This document shows positions 61,945-61,971 of a stretch of DNA of 61,971 nucleotides, piece after piece. The position numbers and the translations under genes were made by a program. The notes below the pieces were generated by a model that worked only from the letters and a program-made list of their open reading frames with translations, was not told where the DNA came from and made no database searches. Positions within the stretch are counted from its first letter, which is position 1, and the number at the start of each line of letters is the position of its first letter. This stretch comes from a virus (taxonomy: Duplodnaviria > Caudoviricetes), in the IMG/VR virus record IMGVR_UViG_3300000530_000004, positions 1 to 61,971 of that record. One strand, 5' to 3'.

Positions 61945-61971
61945 GGAGTAATAGATGAGCTTGATTTTAGA

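Noticed and set aside
61957-61971. Direct circular join of the window end to its start
   Set aside because: The end begins a new gene (MSLIL...), while position 1 is the C-terminal end of a tail-fibre chaperone domain in a different frame. Some sequence appears to be missing, and no terminal overlap was seen.
1-61971. tRNA or rRNA genes
   Set aside because: No cloverleaf or T-loop consensus was noticed in the intergenic gaps by eye; a tRNA scan would be needed to exclude them.

Overview
A near-complete genome (about 62 kb, AT-rich) of a podovirus-like tailed dsDNA phage. The host is probably a proteobacterium, judging by the lambda-R-type endolysin and consensus sigma70 promoters. The rightward arm (43423-61971, continuing at 1-19825) encodes terminase, portal, GroES, scaffold, capsid, connector and tail proteins, lysis genes and ejected internal proteins, including a 2247-aa polyvalent protein. 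The leftward arm (42889-19932) holds early genes (DUF3150-like, MoxR AAA+ ATPase, DUF2201/VWA) and replication genes (family A polymerase, exonuclease, SNF2 helicase, primase-DUF927 helicase). The standout observation is that two inteins, in TerL and in DNA polymerase, lack an in-frame endonuclease. Each instead carries a complete His-Me-finger nuclease gene (endonuclease VII type and HNH type) overprinted in the same -1 frame, with ATGs formed from intein Trp codons. Other notable signals are a GIY-YIG insertion beside a synonymously recoded duplicate 5' end of a tail gene, seven copies of a 19-bp palindrome confined to the early region, two candidate structured RNA leaders, a likely overprinted small gene in the giant virion protein, and a shared xxGG motif across virion proteins. 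All calls come from motif recognition by eye; no database searches were run.
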